From positions 2,462,616-2,526,615 of the forward strand of contig OZ245843.1 in the NCBI GenBank assembly GCA_965228875.1: 64,000 nucleotides of DNA, written 5' to 3'. Within the stretch, counting starts at the first letter, position 1. Every line of letters starts with the position of its first letter. Positions 8,856-21,353 of the stretch are shown piece by piece. The notes beneath the pieces are model-generated. The model was not told the DNA's origin. It made no database searches and saw nothing but the letters and a program-made list of their open reading frames with translations. The position numbers were made by a program, and so were the translations under genes. Source of the DNA: Thalassobaculaceae bacterium. GTDB taxonomy: Bacteria; Pseudomonadota; Alphaproteobacteria; Thalassobaculales; Thalassobaculaceae.

Positions 8856-11531
8856 TCACTCCGCCGCCACCCGGTCCTGGGCGATCGTCGCCTGGGCGGC
8901 CGCGAGACGGGCGATCGGCACACGGAACGGCGAGCAACTCACATAATCGAGCCCCACCTCCTCGCAGAAGCCGATGGAGGACGGGTCGCCCCCATGTTCC
9001 CCGCAGATGCCGAGCTTGATATCGGGGCGGGCGGAACGGCCGCGTTCGCTGGCGATCTTCACCAGTTCGCCGACACCCTGTTGATCCAGGCTGACAAACG
9101 GATCGACCTCGATGATGCCCTTCTCCTCGTAGAAATGGATGAAGGAGCCGGCGTCGTCGCGCGACAGGCCGTAGGTGGTCTGGGTCAGGTCGTTGGTGCC
9201 GAAGCTGAAGAACTCGGCCTCGCCGGCGATCCGGTCGGCCTGCAGGGCCGCGCGGGGCAGTTCGATCATGGTGCCGACCAGATAGTCCACCGTGATCCCG
9301 CTCTCCGCCGCAACCTCGCCGGCCACCCGGTCGATGATCTCCTTGAGGATGCGCACCTCCGCCTCGGTGGCCGCCAGCGGGATCATGACCTCCGGCAGCG
9401 GCGCCTCGCCGCCCTTGGCGATCTCCGTCGCCGCCTCGAAAATGGCGCGGGCCTGCATCTCGCAGATTTCCGGATAGCTGATCGCCAGGCGGCACCCGCG
9501 ATGGCCGAGCATCGGATTGCTCTCGGTCAGTTCCAGCGCCCGCCGCTTGACCGCTTCCAGGGTCAGTCCGGCGGCCTTGGCGACCTCCTGCATCTCCTCT
9601 TCCGTATGCGGCAGGAACTCGTGCAGCGGCGGGTCGAGCAGGCGGATCGTAACCGGCAGGCCCTTCATGATCCGGAACAGCTCGACGAAGTCGGCCCGCT
9701 GCATCGGCAGCAGCTTGGCCAGTGCTGCACGGCGGCCGGCCTCGTCGGTGGCGACGATCATCTCGCGCATGGCGACGATCCGCTCGCCCTCGAAGAACAT
9801 GTGCTCGGTACGGCAGAGCCCGATACCCTCGGCGCCGAAGTCGCGCGCGACCTTGGCATCGGCCGGGGTCTCGGCGTTGGTGCGGATCCGCATGCGCCGG
9901 GCGGAATCGGCCCAGTCCATGATGCGGGCGAAGTTGCCCGACAGCTCCGGCTGGATCGTCGCCACCTCGCCCAGCATCACCTCGCCGGTGCCGCCGTCGA
10001 TGGTGACCCGGTCGCCGGCCTTCACCGTGGTGCCGCCGACGAAGAAGGTCTGGTTGGCGTAATCGACACGGATCTGTCCCGCACCGGAGACGCAGGGACG
10101 GCCCATGCCGCGGGCGACGACCGCCGCGTGGCTGGTCATGCCGCCACGGGTGGTCAGGATGCCCTCGGCCGCGTGCATGCCGTGGATGTCCTCGGGGCTG
10201 GTCTCGACGCGCACCAGGATCACCCGCTCGCCCTCGCGCGCGGCCGCCTCGGCGGCGTCGGCGGAGAACACGACCTTGCCGGACGCCGCACCCGGCGAGG
10301 CTGGCAGGCCCTTGGCGATGACGGTGCGCTCGGCGTCGGGGTCGAGGGTCGGATGCAGCAGCTGGTCCAGCCCCTGCGGCTCGATCCGCGACACCGCCTC
10401 GCGCTCGGAAATCAGGCCTTCCTCGGCCATCTCGACGGCGATGCGAAGCGCCGCGTGGATCGTGCGTTTGCCGCCACGGGTCTGCAGCATGTAGAGCTTC
10501 TGCTGCTGCACCGTGAACTCGATGTCCTGCATATCGCGGTAGTGCTTCTCGAGCTTGTGGCGCACATCGTCGAGTTGCTGGAACACTTCCGGCATGACCT
10601 CTTCCATCGCCGGCAGGTCGGAGCCCTGCGCCCGCTTGGCGGCGACGGTGAGGGTCTGCGGCGTGCGGATGCCGGCGACCACGTCCTCGCCCTGGGCGTT
10701 CACCAGGAACTCGCCGTAGAACATGTTCTCGCCGGTCGAGGGGTCGCGGGTGAAGGCGACGCCGGTGGCGCAGTCCGCGCCCATGTTGCCGAACACCATC
10801 GCCTGGACATTGACCGCCGTGCCCCAGCTTTCCGGGATGTTGTGCAGCCTGCGGTAGACATTGGCGCGGTTGTTCCGCCAGGAGCCGAACACCGCCGAGA
10901 TCGCGCCCCAGAGCTGGGCCCGCGGATCCTCGGGGAAGTCCTCGCCGAGTTCCTCGCGCACCTTCGCCTTGAAGGCGGTGACAAGCGCCTTCATGTCCTC
11001 CGCGTCAAGATCGGTGTCCAGGCTGACGCCCTTCTCCTCCTTGGCGAGCTCGAGCAGTTCCTCGAAATGTCCGTGGTCGACGCCCATGACCACGTCGGCA
11101 TACATCTGGATGAAGCGCCGGTAGCTGTCGTAGGCGAAGCGCGGGTCGTCGCTGCGTGCGATCAGTCCCTGCACTGTGGTGTCGTTCAGACCGAGGTTCA
11201 GGACCGTGTCCATCATGCCCGGCATCGAGACGCGGGCGCCCGAGCGCACGGAGACCAGCAGCGGGTTGTCGGCGTCCCCGAACACCGCGCCGACCTCCTC
11301 CTCGACCTTGCGGATCGCGGCATCGACCGCGCTCTCCAGGGCGTCGGGGTAACGCTCGCCATTGTCGTAGTAGTAGGTGCAGACCTCGGTCGAGATGGTG
11401 AAGCCCGGCGGGACCGGCAGCCCGATCGCGCTCATCTCCGCCAGGTTGGCGCCCTTGCCGCCCAGAAGGTTGCGCATGTCCGCCCGGCCCTCGGCCGAGC
11501 CGCCGCCGAATCCGTAGACCCACTGTGTCAT
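8856..11531 (-). CDS. ppdK: Pyruvate, phosphate dikinase
   Basis: 'LLGGKGANLAEM', 'GGMTSHAAVVARG' (phospho-His), 'GIGLCRTEHMF', 'FSFGTNDLTQ', 'GICGEHGG'; 891 aa, downstream of glyS. Confidence 0.98.
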   Translation of the reverse strand: MTQWVYGFGGGSAEGRADMRNLLGGKGANLAEMSAIGLPVPPGFTISTEVCTYYYDNGERYPDALESAVDAAIRKVEEEVGAVFGDADNPLLVSVRSGARVSMPGMMDTVLNLGLNDTTVQGLIARSDDPRFAYDSYRRFIQMYADVVMGVDHGHFEELLELAKEEKGVSLDTDLDAEDMKALVTAFKAKVREELGEDFPEDPRAQLWGAISAVFGSWRNNRANVYRRLHNIPESWGTAVNVQAMVFGNMGADCATGVAFTRDPSTGENMFYGEFLVNAQGEDVVAGIRTPQTLTVAAKRAQGSDLPAMEEVMPEVFQQLDDVRHKLEKHYRDMQDIEFTVQQQKLYMLQTRGGKRTIHAALRIAVEMAEEGLISEREAVSRIEPQGLDQLLHPTLDPDAERTVIAKGLPASPGAASGKVVFSADAAEAAAREGERVILVRVETSPEDIHGMHAAEGILTTRGGMTSHAAVVARGMGRPCVSGAGQIRVDYANQTFFVGGTTVKAGDRVTIDGGTGEVMLGEVATIQPELSGNFARIMDWADSARRMRIRTNAETPADAKVARDFGAEGIGLCRTEHMFFEGERIVAMREMIVATDEAGRRAALAKLLPMQRADFVELFRIMKGLPVTIRLLDPPLHEFLPHTEEEMQEVAKAAGLTLEAVKRRALELTESNPMLGHRGCRLAISYPEICEMQARAIFEAATEIAKGGEAPLPEVMIPLAATEAEVRILKEIIDRVAGEVAAESGITVDYLVGTMIELPRAALQADRIAGEAEFFSFGTNDLTQTTYGLSRDDAGSFIHFYEEKGIIEVDPFVSLDQQGVGELVKIASERGRSARPDIKLGICGEHGGDPSSIGFCEEVGLDYVSCSPFRVPIARLAAAQATIAQDRVAAE

Positions 11532-11549
11532 GCTCTGTCCCTCGATCCT

Positions 11550-13646
11550 CTAACCCTCGACCCGGGAGAAATCCGCCACCTTGCCCATGGCCGTGCGAAC
11601 GGCATCGAGCAGGCGCAGGCGATTGACCCGCAGGGCCGCGTCGTCGGCATTGACGGTCACGGCGTCGAAAAACGCGTCGATCGGCCCCCGCAGGTGAGAT
11701 AGGGACTCCATCGCGCCCTTGAAGTCCTCGATCGCCAGATGGCCGGTGATTGTGCGCTGCGCCGCCCGCACCGCCTCGTAGAGAACCGTCTCCTCGGCCT
11801 GGGCGAGCGCGCCGGCGTCGATCCGGTCGGCGAAGTCGGTCTCGCTGGCGACGAACGGTCCGTCCTTCTTCTCCTCGGCGCGCAGGATGTTCGACGCGCG
11901 GCGGTACCCGGCAAGCAGGTTGGCGCCGTCGTCGCTGTCCAGGAACGCACTCAGCGCATGCACCCGGGCCAGCAGGCGGACCAGATCGTCCTCGCCGCCC
12001 AGTTCGAACACCGCGGCGATCAGGTCGTGCCTCACCCCCTGCTCGCGCAGATGGACCTTCAGGCGGTCGGCGAAGAAATCCAGGAGCGTGTGATCCGACG
12101 CGCCATCCGAGCGCGAGGCGGCGGGAATCCGTTCCCTTGCGTCGGCGAACACCTTGAGCAAAGGCAGCCGCAGATCGTTCTCAAGCACCAGGCGGATCAC
12201 CCCAAGCGCGGCGCGACGGAGCGCGAACGGGTCCTTGGAACCGGTCGGCGTCTCGCCGATCGCGAAGAAACCGACGAGGGTGTCGATCTTATCGGCCAGC
12301 GCCACGGCGACCGAGACCGGGGCCGTCGGGCACGCGTCGCTCGGCCCGGCAGGCGAATAATGCTGGGCGACCGCATCGGCGACCGCCGCGTCCTCACCGT
12401 CGCCGAGCGCGTAGTAGCGGCCCATGATGCCCTGCAGTTCGGGAAACTCCCCGACCATGCCGGTGGTCAGGTCCGCCTTGGCCAGGGTCGCCGCGCGACG
12501 CGCCTTGTCGGGATCCGCACCGACGGCCGGCGCGATCTCGGCGGCGAGGCGCGCGACCCGTTGGACCTTGTCGGCCATGGTGCCGAGCTTGTCGTAGAAC
12601 TTGACGTCGCGCAGCGCCTCGCGCCGGTCGGCGAGCTTCACCGCCCGGTCCTGATCCCAGAAGAACTTCGCGTCGCTCAGCCGCGCGCGCAGGACCTTCT
12701 CGTTGCCGGCGACGATGTTGGCGTCGCGGGTTTCCTCGCTCGCCATGTTGGAGACCAGGATGAACCGGTCGGCGAGCTTTCCGTCCTTGGTCTCGACGGC
12801 GAAATACTTCTGGTGACTGCGCATGGAAGTGACCAGCACCTCCGGCGGCACTTCCATGAACTCGGCGTCGATGCGGCCCATCAGGGCGTTCGGCCACTCG
12901 ACCAGGCCGCAGACCTCATCCAGCAGGCCCGGGTCGTCGCGCAGGACCAGCCCCTCGGCCTCCGCCAGCGCCGTCGCCTGTTCGACGATTGCCGCCTTGC
13001 GGTCCTCGCGGTCGAGCATGACGAAGGCGCCGCCGACCTCGGTGCGGTACTCGTGGAACGAGGTGACCGCCACCGGATCGGGCGCCAGGAAGCGGTGCCC
13101 CCGGGTCTCGCCGGTGAACACGAGTTGGGTCTCGCCGAGGTCGAGGCCGCCGTCCAGCACGGCGCCGTCGAACACGGCCAGAATGTGGTGCAGCGGACGC
13201 ACCCAGCGGAACGTGTTTCGGCCCCAGCGCATGGATTTCGGCCAGGGCAGGTCGCGGATCGACGACAGGATGATCTCCGGCAGGATGTCCTCCGTCGCCT
13301 CGCCCTTCTTCTCGATCACCGCGAACCAGAACTCGCCCTTGCCGGTGTCGCGCTTCTCGCACTGCTCCAGGGTCAGGCCGGTGGCGCCGAGGAACCCCTG
13401 GATCGCCTTTTCGGGCGCATCGACCCGCGGGCCGCGGCGCTCCTCGCTGACGTCCGGCTGCTTCTCCGGCAGGCCGTCGAGCACCAGGGTCAGACGACGC
13501 GGCGTGACGTAGTCCTGGGCGCTGTCGAACGCCAGTCCGGCGGCCTTGAGCTTGTCGGTGACCAGCTTCCTCAGGTCGGCCGAAGCCTTCGCCTGCATGC
13601 GCGCCGGGATCTCCTCGGAGAACAGTTCCAGCAGGAGTTCAGCCAT
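11550..13646 (-). CDS. glyS: Glycine-tRNA ligase beta subunit
   Basis: '[15 protein letters not shown]', 'WPKSMRW', '[10 protein letters not shown]', '[10 protein letters not shown]'. Confidence 0.97.
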   Translation of the reverse strand: MAELLLELFSEEIPARMQAKASADLRKLVTDKLKAAGLAFDSAQDYVTPRRLTLVLDGLPEKQPDVSEERRGPRVDAPEKAIQGFLGATGLTLEQCEKRDTGKGEFWFAVIEKKGEATEDILPEIILSSIRDLPWPKSMRWGRNTFRWVRPLHHILAVFDGAVLDGGLDLGETQLVFTGETRGHRFLAPDPVAVTSFHEYRTEVGGAFVMLDREDRKAAIVEQATALAEAEGLVLRDDPGLLDEVCGLVEWPNALMGRIDAEFMEVPPEVLVTSMRSHQKYFAVETKDGKLADRFILVSNMASEETRDANIVAGNEKVLRARLSDAKFFWDQDRAVKLADRREALRDVKFYDKLGTMADKVQRVARLAAEIAPAVGADPDKARRAATLAKADLTTGMVGEFPELQGIMGRYYALGDGEDAAVADAVAQHYSPAGPSDACPTAPVSVAVALADKIDTLVGFFAIGETPTGSKDPFALRRAALGVIRLVLENDLRLPLLKVFADARERIPAASRSDGASDHTLLDFFADRLKVHLREQGVRHDLIAAVFELGGEDDLVRLLARVHALSAFLDSDDGANLLAGYRRASNILRAEEKKDGPFVASETDFADRIDAGALAQAEETVLYEAVRAAQRTITGHLAIEDFKGAMESLSHLRGPIDAFFDAVTVNADDAALRVNRLRLLDAVRTAMGKVADFSRVEG

Positions 13647-14607
13647 TGTCGTCCCCAAGGCGGCGGACGGCCGCCTTCTTCTTTTCCCAGTCGGCCTTCC
13701 AGGCGGCGCTGGCCTCGACCCAGGTCTCGCAGCACCCCTTGGCCAGGGTGCGCACGCGGCCGATATAGGCCTGACGCTCGGTCACGCTGATCACGCCGCG
13801 GGCATCGAGCAGATTGAAGGAGTGACCGGCCTTCAGACACTGGTCATAGGCCGGCAACGGCAGACCCGCCGCCAGGAGCTTCGCGCATTCCGCCTCCGCG
13901 TCGCGGAAGCGTTGGAACAGCTGGTCGGTGTCGGCGTGCTCGAAATTGTACGTCGAGAACTCTCGCTCCGCCTGCTTGTAGACGTCGCCGTAGACCTTGC
14001 CGCCGTCTTCCTCGGGGACCCCGTCCCAGTCGAGGAAATACACGTCGTCCACGCCCTGGATATACATCGCCAGGCGTTCCAGGCCGTAGGTCAGCTCCAG
14101 GCTGACCGGCGCGCAGTCGATGCCGCCGACCTGCTGGAAATAGGTGTACTGCGACACCTCCATGCCGTCGCACCACACTTCCCAGCCGAGTCCCCAGGCA
14201 CCCAGCGTCGGGTTCTCCCAGTCGTCCTCGACGAACCGGATATCGTGGGCCATGGGGTCGAGACCGATGGCGCGCAGCGAGCCGAGATACAGCTCCTGAC
14301 TGTCCACCGGCGACGGCTTCACGAGCACCTGGAACTGGTAATAGTGCTGCAGCCGGTTCGGATTCTCGCCGTAGCGGCCATCTGTCGGGCGGCGCGACGG
14401 CTGCACGTAGGCGGTGCGCCAGACCTCGTCCGGACCCAGCGAGCGCAGGGTGGTGGCCGGGTGGGACGTACCGGCGCCGACCTCCAGGTCGTAGGGCTGC
14501 AGAATCACGCAGCCCTTGCTCGCCCAATAGGACTGCAGCGTCAGAATCAACGATTGGAAGTCGGTGCGGGGCTGGTGCGGCGTGCCGGGCCTGTCGCCGT
14601 CGGGCAT
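13639..14607 (-). CDS. glyQ: Glycine-tRNA ligase alpha subunit
   Basis: '[11 protein letters not shown]', '[23 protein letters not shown]', '[11 protein letters not shown]', 'ELTYGLERL'; overlaps the glyS start. Confidence 0.97.
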   Translation of the reverse strand: MPDGDRPGTPHQPRTDFQSLILTLQSYWASKGCVILQPYDLEVGAGTSHPATTLRSLGPDEVWRTAYVQPSRRPTDGRYGENPNRLQHYYQFQVLVKPSPVDSQELYLGSLRAIGLDPMAHDIRFVEDDWENPTLGAWGLGWEVWCDGMEVSQYTYFQQVGGIDCAPVSLELTYGLERLAMYIQGVDDVYFLDWDGVPEEDGGKVYGDVYKQAEREFSTYNFEHADTDQLFQRFRDAEAECAKLLAAGLPLPAYDQCLKAGHSFNLLDARGVISVTERQAYIGRVRTLAKGCCETWVEASAAWKADWEKKKAAVRRLGDDNG

Positions 14608-14769
14608 GTCTCGTCTCTCGCGGGATTTCGCGGGTGCGAGAACGTAGACGGGCGCCGAAGCCAAATCAAGAACGGATGGCGCGCCCCGGAACGGCCCCAT
14701 ATGGCCCGATTTGGAATGAATCCGTCGCCACCACGGTCTACCCGATCAGACCGAAAGGTGGTTTCGACG

Positions 14770-15051
14770 ATGGAAAAGGTTCTCATTCTCCTCAGCCTGT
14801 TCGGCTGCTCCGACGCCGTCACCCAATGCGACGTGCTGCGGGTCTCCGAGCGGACCTACGTCTCGCGGCAGGCCTGCGAGCGACAGATCGACGCGGCGCT
14901 GCAGGCCCGCCTCGATGCCCCGTACCCGACGGTCGTCGCCCATTGCGGCACCGCAACAGAGACGGCGTCTCTGGTCGACGACCTCGTGCCGGGTGCCGAT
15001 GGCGCCGAGATGATCGCCGGGAACATCGGCGGGTCGGCCCCGAACTCCTGA
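14770..15051 (+). CDS. Small hypothetical, probably exported Cys-containing protein (93 aa)
   Basis: 3' part of ORF 13546..15051 from the ATG at 14770: MEKVLILLSLFGCSDAVTQC...C...C, hydrophobic N-terminus and four Cys; fills the gap divergent from glyQ. Confidence 0.6.
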   Translation: MEKVLILLSLFGCSDAVTQCDVLRVSERTYVSRQACERQIDAALQARLDAPYPTVVAHCGTATETASLVDDLVPGADGAEMIAGNIGGSAPNS

Positions 15052-15180
15052 CGACGTATCACGCCGCCCCACCCCCGCGCGGAACCGGGGCCGGCACGGG
15101 TTCAGGACGGTTGCGGGTTGGCGGGCACCCCGGCGGGCGGCTATGAGTCCGCCATAAGATTTCTCGCGGGGGAGCCGCCT

Positions 15181-15939
15181 ATGTCAGACCGTTTCGACCT
15201 CACCGGGAAGACCGCGCTGGTCACCGGGGCGAGCCAGGGCCTGGGCGCGGGCTTCGCGCGGACCCTGGCCGGCGCCGGAGCGAAGGTGGCGCTCGCCGCC
15301 CGACAGACCGGCAAGCTGGAGGCGCTGAAGGCGGAGATCCTGGACGCCGGCGGCCGCGCCGAGGCGGTGGCGATGGACGTCACCGACCCGGTCTCCGTGC
15401 GCGCCGCCTTCGACGCCGCCGAGGCGGCCCTCGGCCCGGTCGGCGTGCTGGTCAACAATGCCGGCATCGCGGTGACCAAGCCGTTCCTGGAGATGAGCGT
15501 CGAGGACTGGGACTCGGTTCTCGACACCAACCTGAAGGGCTGTTTCCTCGCCGGCCAGGAGGCGGCCAGGCGCATGGCGGAGGCCGGCGGCGGGTCGATC
15601 ATCAACATCGCCAGCATCCTCGGCCAGCAGGTGATCGGACACCTCTCCGGCTACTGCACCTCCAAGGCCGGTCTGATCCACCTCACCAAGGCAATGGGGC
15701 TGGAACTCGCGCGGGTCGGCGTCCGGGTCAACGCGCTCGCCCCCGGCTATATCGAGACGCCGATCAACACCGAGTTCTTTCACACCCAGGCGGGCGAGAA
15801 GCTGGTCAAGGGCATCCCCCAGCGCAAACTCGGACAGTCCGAGGATCTGGACGGCGCCCTGCTGCTGCTGGCCTCCGACGCGTCGGCCTACATGACCGGA
15901 ACGGTGGTCACGGTCGACGGCGGCTTCCTGGTGGCCTGA
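15181..15939 (+). CDS. Short-chain dehydrogenase/reductase (FabG-like)
   Basis: TGASQGLG, NNAG, YCTSKAG and VDGG motifs; ATG at 15181 after GGGGAG. Confidence 0.92.
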   Translation: MSDRFDLTGKTALVTGASQGLGAGFARTLAGAGAKVALAARQTGKLEALKAEILDAGGRAEAVAMDVTDPVSVRAAFDAAEAALGPVGVLVNNAGIAVTKPFLEMSVEDWDSVLDTNLKGCFLAGQEAARRMAEAGGGSIINIASILGQQVIGHLSGYCTSKAGLIHLTKAMGLELARVGVRVNALAPGYIETPINTEFFHTQAGEKLVKGIPQRKLGQSEDLDGALLLLASDASAYMTGTVVTVDGGFLVA

Positions 15940-15943
15940 AACC

Positions 15944-17725
15944 ATGACCGTGCCGCTGATCGATCCGCGCGACCTTGAGTTCGCGCTCTGGCGCGTGCTC
16001 GACGCCGAACGGCTGACCCAGTACCCGCGCTTCGCCGAGCACGGCCGCGAGACCTTCGAGGCGGTGATCGAGACCGCCCGTCGCATCGCCGAGGAGAAGT
16101 TCCGCCCGCACGCCGCCAAATCGGATGCGAACGAACCGTATCTGGAGAACGGCAAGGTCGTCCTGATCCCCGAGATCAAGGAGGCCATCGCCGCCTTCGC
16201 CGAGGCCGGGTTCCTGGCGGCCCACCACGACGCCGAACGCGGTGGCATGCAGCTTCCCTGGACCATCCAGCAGGCCGCCTTCGCCCACTTCAAGGCGGCC
16301 AACGTGCCGACCGCCGGCTATCCGTTCCTGACCATCGCGGCGGCCAACCTGATCCACGCCCATGGCTCCGAGGAACAGCAGCGCACCTGGATGCAGCCGA
16401 TGCTCGAGGGCCGGTTCCTCGGCACCATGGCGCTGTCCGAGCCCCATGCCGGCTCCTCCCTCTCGGACGTGCGAACGATGGCCCGCCTGCGCGCGGACGG
16501 CACCTACGCCATCAAGGGCTCGAAGATGTGGACCTCTGCCGGCGAGCACGAGCTGTCCGAGAACATCGTCCACATGACGCTCGCCCGCATCGAGGGCGCG
16601 CCGGCCGGGGTCAAGGGGCTCAGCCTGTTCATCGTGCCGCGTTACCGCCTGGATGAGACCGGCGCACCGAGCCTGCCCAACGGGGTGCGGCTGATCGGGC
16701 TGAACCACAAGATGGGCTACCGCGGCACGGTCAACACCGCGCTGTCCTTCGGCGAGGAGGACGACTGCATCGGCTACATCGTCGGCGCGCCGAACCGCGG
16801 CCTGCTGCAGATGTTCCACATGATGAACGAGGCCCGCGTCGGCGTGGCCTTCGGCGCCATCATGCTGGCCTACCAGGGGTATCTGGAGAGCCTCGACTAT
16901 GCCCGCACCCGGCCCCAGGGCCGCCATCCGGGCGACAAGGATCCGGCCTCGCCGCAGCTCGCCCTGATCGAGCATGCCGATGTGCGACGCATGCTGCTGC
17001 AGCAGAAGGCGGTGGCGGAGGGCGGGCTGATGCTGGCCCTGGATCTGGCACTGCGCATCGACCGGATGAACCACGACCCGGACGAGACGGTGCGACGGCG
17101 GGAGAGCCTGCTGCTCGACTTCCTCACCCCGATCATCAAGGCCTGGTTCTCCGACCAGGCGCTGGTGGCGAACCACAACGCGCTGCAGATCTTCGGCGGC
17201 TACGGCTATACGCGCGACTTCCCGGTCGAGCGGTTCTACCGCGACAACCGGCTCAACCCGATCCACGAGGGCACCAACGCGATCCAGGCGATCGACCTGC
17301 TGGGCCGCAAGGCGTCGATCCATGACGGCGCCGCCTTCGCCGCGGTGATCGAGGAGATCGACGCCGCGCTCGACGCCGCCGAAGGCATCGCCGCGGCGGT
17401 GGAGATCCGCGACGCCACCAGGGCCGCGCGCGACCGCCTGGTCGAAACCACCCATGCCCTGATGGGCGACGCGCCGCGGATCGGGCCTATCCGCCTGCTG
17501 GCCAATGCCGAGGCCTACATGGACCTTGCCGGCCTGACGGTGTTCGGCTGGATCTGGACCCGCCAGGCGGTCGCCGCGTCGCGGGAAGACAGCGACTTCG
17601 CCCGCGGCAAGCTGGCCGCCGCCCGCTACGCCGCCGCCTGGGAACTGCCGCGCAGCGAACAGCGCGCCCGGCTGCTGCAATCCCTCGACGCCACGCTGGT
17701 GGATGTGCAAGACACCTGGTTCTGA
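15944..17725 (+). CDS. Acyl-CoA dehydrogenase
   Basis: 'GTMALSEPHAGSSL', 'IKGSKMWTS', 'MFHMMNEAR', 'QIFGGYGY', 'NPIHEGTNAIQAIDLLGRK'. Confidence 0.95.
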   Translation: MTVPLIDPRDLEFALWRVLDAERLTQYPRFAEHGRETFEAVIETARRIAEEKFRPHAAKSDANEPYLENGKVVLIPEIKEAIAAFAEAGFLAAHHDAERGGMQLPWTIQQAAFAHFKAANVPTAGYPFLTIAAANLIHAHGSEEQQRTWMQPMLEGRFLGTMALSEPHAGSSLSDVRTMARLRADGTYAIKGSKMWTSAGEHELSENIVHMTLARIEGAPAGVKGLSLFIVPRYRLDETGAPSLPNGVRLIGLNHKMGYRGTVNTALSFGEEDDCIGYIVGAPNRGLLQMFHMMNEARVGVAFGAIMLAYQGYLESLDYARTRPQGRHPGDKDPASPQLALIEHADVRRMLLQQKAVAEGGLMLALDLALRIDRMNHDPDETVRRRESLLLDFLTPIIKAWFSDQALVANHNALQIFGGYGYTRDFPVERFYRDNRLNPIHEGTNAIQAIDLLGRKASIHDGAAFAAVIEEIDAALDAAEGIAAAVEIRDATRAARDRLVETTHALMGDAPRIGPIRLLANAEAYMDLAGLTVFGWIWTRQAVAASREDSDFARGKLAAARYAAAWELPRSEQRARLLQSLDATLVDVQDTWF

Positions 17726-17781
17726 GACACCCCGTTAATTCCGGGCCGATCCCCGGCTCGCCCGTTTTGGAGGACGATCCC

Positions 17782-18654
17782 ATGAGCATCCAACGTCTCG
17801 GCGTGTGCGGCGCCGGCATGATGGGTTCCGAAATCGCGCTGGTCTTCGCGCTCGCCGACGTCAAGGTCCGGATGATGGACGCCAGCCAGGAATTCGTCGA
17901 CAAGGCGATGGCCAAGCTGGAGAAGACGCTGGACGCCGGCATCGGTCGCGGCTTCTTCGCCGAGGAGGACAAGCCCCGCGCGCTGGCCAATATCGAGACC
18001 TTCACCGACGTGTCGACCTATGGCGACTGCGACCTGGTGATCGAGGCCATCACCGAGGACCAGGAGGCCAAGGGCAACCTCTACAGGGAGCTCGACAAGG
18101 TCTGTAAGCCGGACGCGATCATCGCCTCCAACACCTCGTCGATCTCGATCTCGGTGCTGGCCTCCTACCTGTCGGACGCCCGCCAGGGCAACTTCTGCGG
18201 CCTGCACTTCTTCTCGCCGGTCAGCCGCATGAAGCTGGTCGAGGTGATCAGCGGCATGGACAGCGACCCGGAGGTGGTGAAGCGCGCGACCGCCGCCGTC
18301 GAGGCGGTCGGCAAGACTCCCATCCAGGTCAAGGACGTGGTCGGTTTCGCCGTCAACCGCATCCTGTTCGCCATGTGGGACGAGGCGATCCGCCTGGTCG
18401 AGGAAGGGGCCGCGACCCCGGCCGATATCGACACCGGCTGCCGTCTCGGCCTCGGCCACCCGGTGGGCCCGTTCGAGCTGATGGATAACATCACCATCGA
18501 CCTGACCCTGAAGGTGAGCCAGATCCTGGAAGACGCCTACGGCGACCGGATGCACACCCGCCCGACCATCAAGCAGCTCCACGCGGCCGGCCGCCTCGGC
18601 CGCCGCTTCGGCCGCGGCTGGTACCGCTACGAGGGCGGTAAGCGGGTCGACTGA
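17782..18654 (+). CDS. 3-hydroxyacyl-CoA (3-hydroxybutyryl-CoA-type) dehydrogenase
   Basis: 'GAGMMGSEIA', 'DLVIEAITE', 'ASNTSS', 'GLHFFSP', 'GHPVGPFEL'. Confidence 0.93.
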   Translation: MSIQRLGVCGAGMMGSEIALVFALADVKVRMMDASQEFVDKAMAKLEKTLDAGIGRGFFAEEDKPRALANIETFTDVSTYGDCDLVIEAITEDQEAKGNLYRELDKVCKPDAIIASNTSSISISVLASYLSDARQGNFCGLHFFSPVSRMKLVEVISGMDSDPEVVKRATAAVEAVGKTPIQVKDVVGFAVNRILFAMWDEAIRLVEEGAATPADIDTGCRLGLGHPVGPFELMDNITIDLTLKVSQILEDAYGDRMHTRPTIKQLHAAGRLGRRFGRGWYRYEGGKRVD

Positions 18655-18678
18655 GCCTCCATGCTCCGGTGAAAAGAC

Positions 18679-18708
18679 CGGGGGAGACGGAAGATTCCGC
18701 CTCCCCCG
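18679..18708 (+). terminator. GC-rich hairpin, possible terminator after the beta-oxidation genes
   Basis: CGGGGGAG-A-CGGA-agat-TCCG-C-CTCCCCCG stem 25 nt after the stop; only a weak T-tail. Confidence 0.45.
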
Positions 18709-18788
18709 TTGCCCTGCCGGGCCGTTTCCTCTAACAGAGGGCGCCACCTGACGGTGGATTGGCGACGACCCGAAGGTACTTGCATCCC

Positions 18789-19949
18789 GTGACCGACGAT
18801 CCCGTTCTGGATCCCGCCCAGACCGCCCTGCTGCCGGCGGGCTTCCGCGACATTCTCGCGCCGAACGCGGCCAACGAGGCCCGGCTGATCGACCGCATGA
18901 TGGCGACGGCCATGGGTCACGGCTATCAGCGCGTGAAGCCGCCGCTGATCGAATTCGAGACCAGCCTGCTTCAGGGCCCGGGGGCGGCCACGGCGGAGCG
19001 GGTGTTCCGGCTGATGGACCCGATCTCCCAGCGCATGATGGGCCTGCGCGCCGACATGACGGCGCAGGCGGCCCGCATCGCCACCACCCGGCTGAAGAAC
19101 GCGCCGCGCCCCGTCCGCCTCTGCTACGCCGGCGAGGTCCTGCGCACGACCGCCAACCAGCTCAACCCGGAACGCGAAGTCGTGCAGGTCGGCGCCGAAC
19201 TCATCGGCAGCCCGACCGCCGAGGCCGATGCCGAGATCATCCTGGTCGCGATCGAGACCCTGCGCGCGGCCGGGGTCGAGCGGATGTCGCTTGATCTTAT
19301 GGTGCCGCCGCTGGTTCCGGCCGTGCTGTCCCGGCTCGGCCTGCCGGCCAAGGCGACCGACGCGCTGCGCCAGGCGATCGACCGCAAGGACGTCGCCGCC
19401 GTCCAGGAACTTGCCGGCGACGACGCCACCCTGTTCGCCGGCCTGCTGGAGGCGACAGGTCCGCGCGATGCGGCGATGGCGGCGCTGTCCGCCCTCGACC
19501 TGCCCGACGACGCCCGCGCCGCCCTCGACCGGCTGGCCGCGGTGGTCGACCTGGTGACGGCGGTGGAGCCGGAGCTGTCGATCACGCTGGATCCGGCGGA
19601 GAACCGCGGTTTCGAGTACCATACCGGCATCGCGTTCAGCCTGTTCGCCCGCGGCGTGCGCGCCGAGATGGGCCGCGGCGGGCGCTACCGGCCGAACCAC
19701 GATCCGGAGGGGACGGCGACCGGCTTCACCCTCTATCTCGAGCGGGTGCTCCAGGCGCTGCCGGACCCCAGACGCCCGGAGACGGTCTTCGTGCCGCACG
19801 GCACGCACCGCGACGAGACGGCGGCGCTGCGCCGCGACGGCCGGGTGACCGTGGCCGGCCTGGAACCGGTGGACGATGCCGAGGCCGAAGCCCGGCGCAT
19901 GGGCTGCACCTACATTCTGCGCGACGGCCAGGCCACGAAACTGGTCTGA
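18789..19949 (+). CDS. hisZ: ATP phosphoribosyltransferase regulatory subunit
   Basis: 'LLPAGFRDIL', 'LRADMTAQAARIA', 'RLCYAGEV', 'QVGAELIG', 'GFEYHTG', 'GRGGRY'; upstream of purA. The start codon is uncertain. Confidence 0.92.
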   Translation: MTDDPVLDPAQTALLPAGFRDILAPNAANEARLIDRMMATAMGHGYQRVKPPLIEFETSLLQGPGAATAERVFRLMDPISQRMMGLRADMTAQAARIATTRLKNAPRPVRLCYAGEVLRTTANQLNPEREVVQVGAELIGSPTAEADAEIILVAIETLRAAGVERMSLDLMVPPLVPAVLSRLGLPAKATDALRQAIDRKDVAAVQELAGDDATLFAGLLEATGPRDAAMAALSALDLPDDARAALDRLAAVVDLVTAVEPELSITLDPAENRGFEYHTGIAFSLFARGVRAEMGRGGRYRPNHDPEGTATGFTLYLERVLQALPDPRRPETVFVPHGTHRDETAALRRDGRVTVAGLEPVDDAEAEARRMGCTYILRDGQATKLV

Positions 19950-19981
19950 AACCGTCGGGCCCGACACGTTGAGGAACGGGA

Positions 19982-21274
<1,293 letters not shown>

Positions 21275-21353
21275 CGGCGGCGGCCCGCGGGCTTCGACCG
21301 GGAGAACGGCCATGCTAAACTCCCGCCGCGCGGGCTGATTCGCGTGGCTGGAG

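Noticed and set aside
8802..13790. Long plus-strand ORFs (966 aa, 683 aa) opposite ppdK and glyS, and similar long ORFs elsewhere (e.g. 1544..3994, 28642..32502, 39235..41562)
   Set aside because: Antisense or alternate-frame shadows typical of high-GC DNA; they overlap well-supported genes and have no recognisable motifs.
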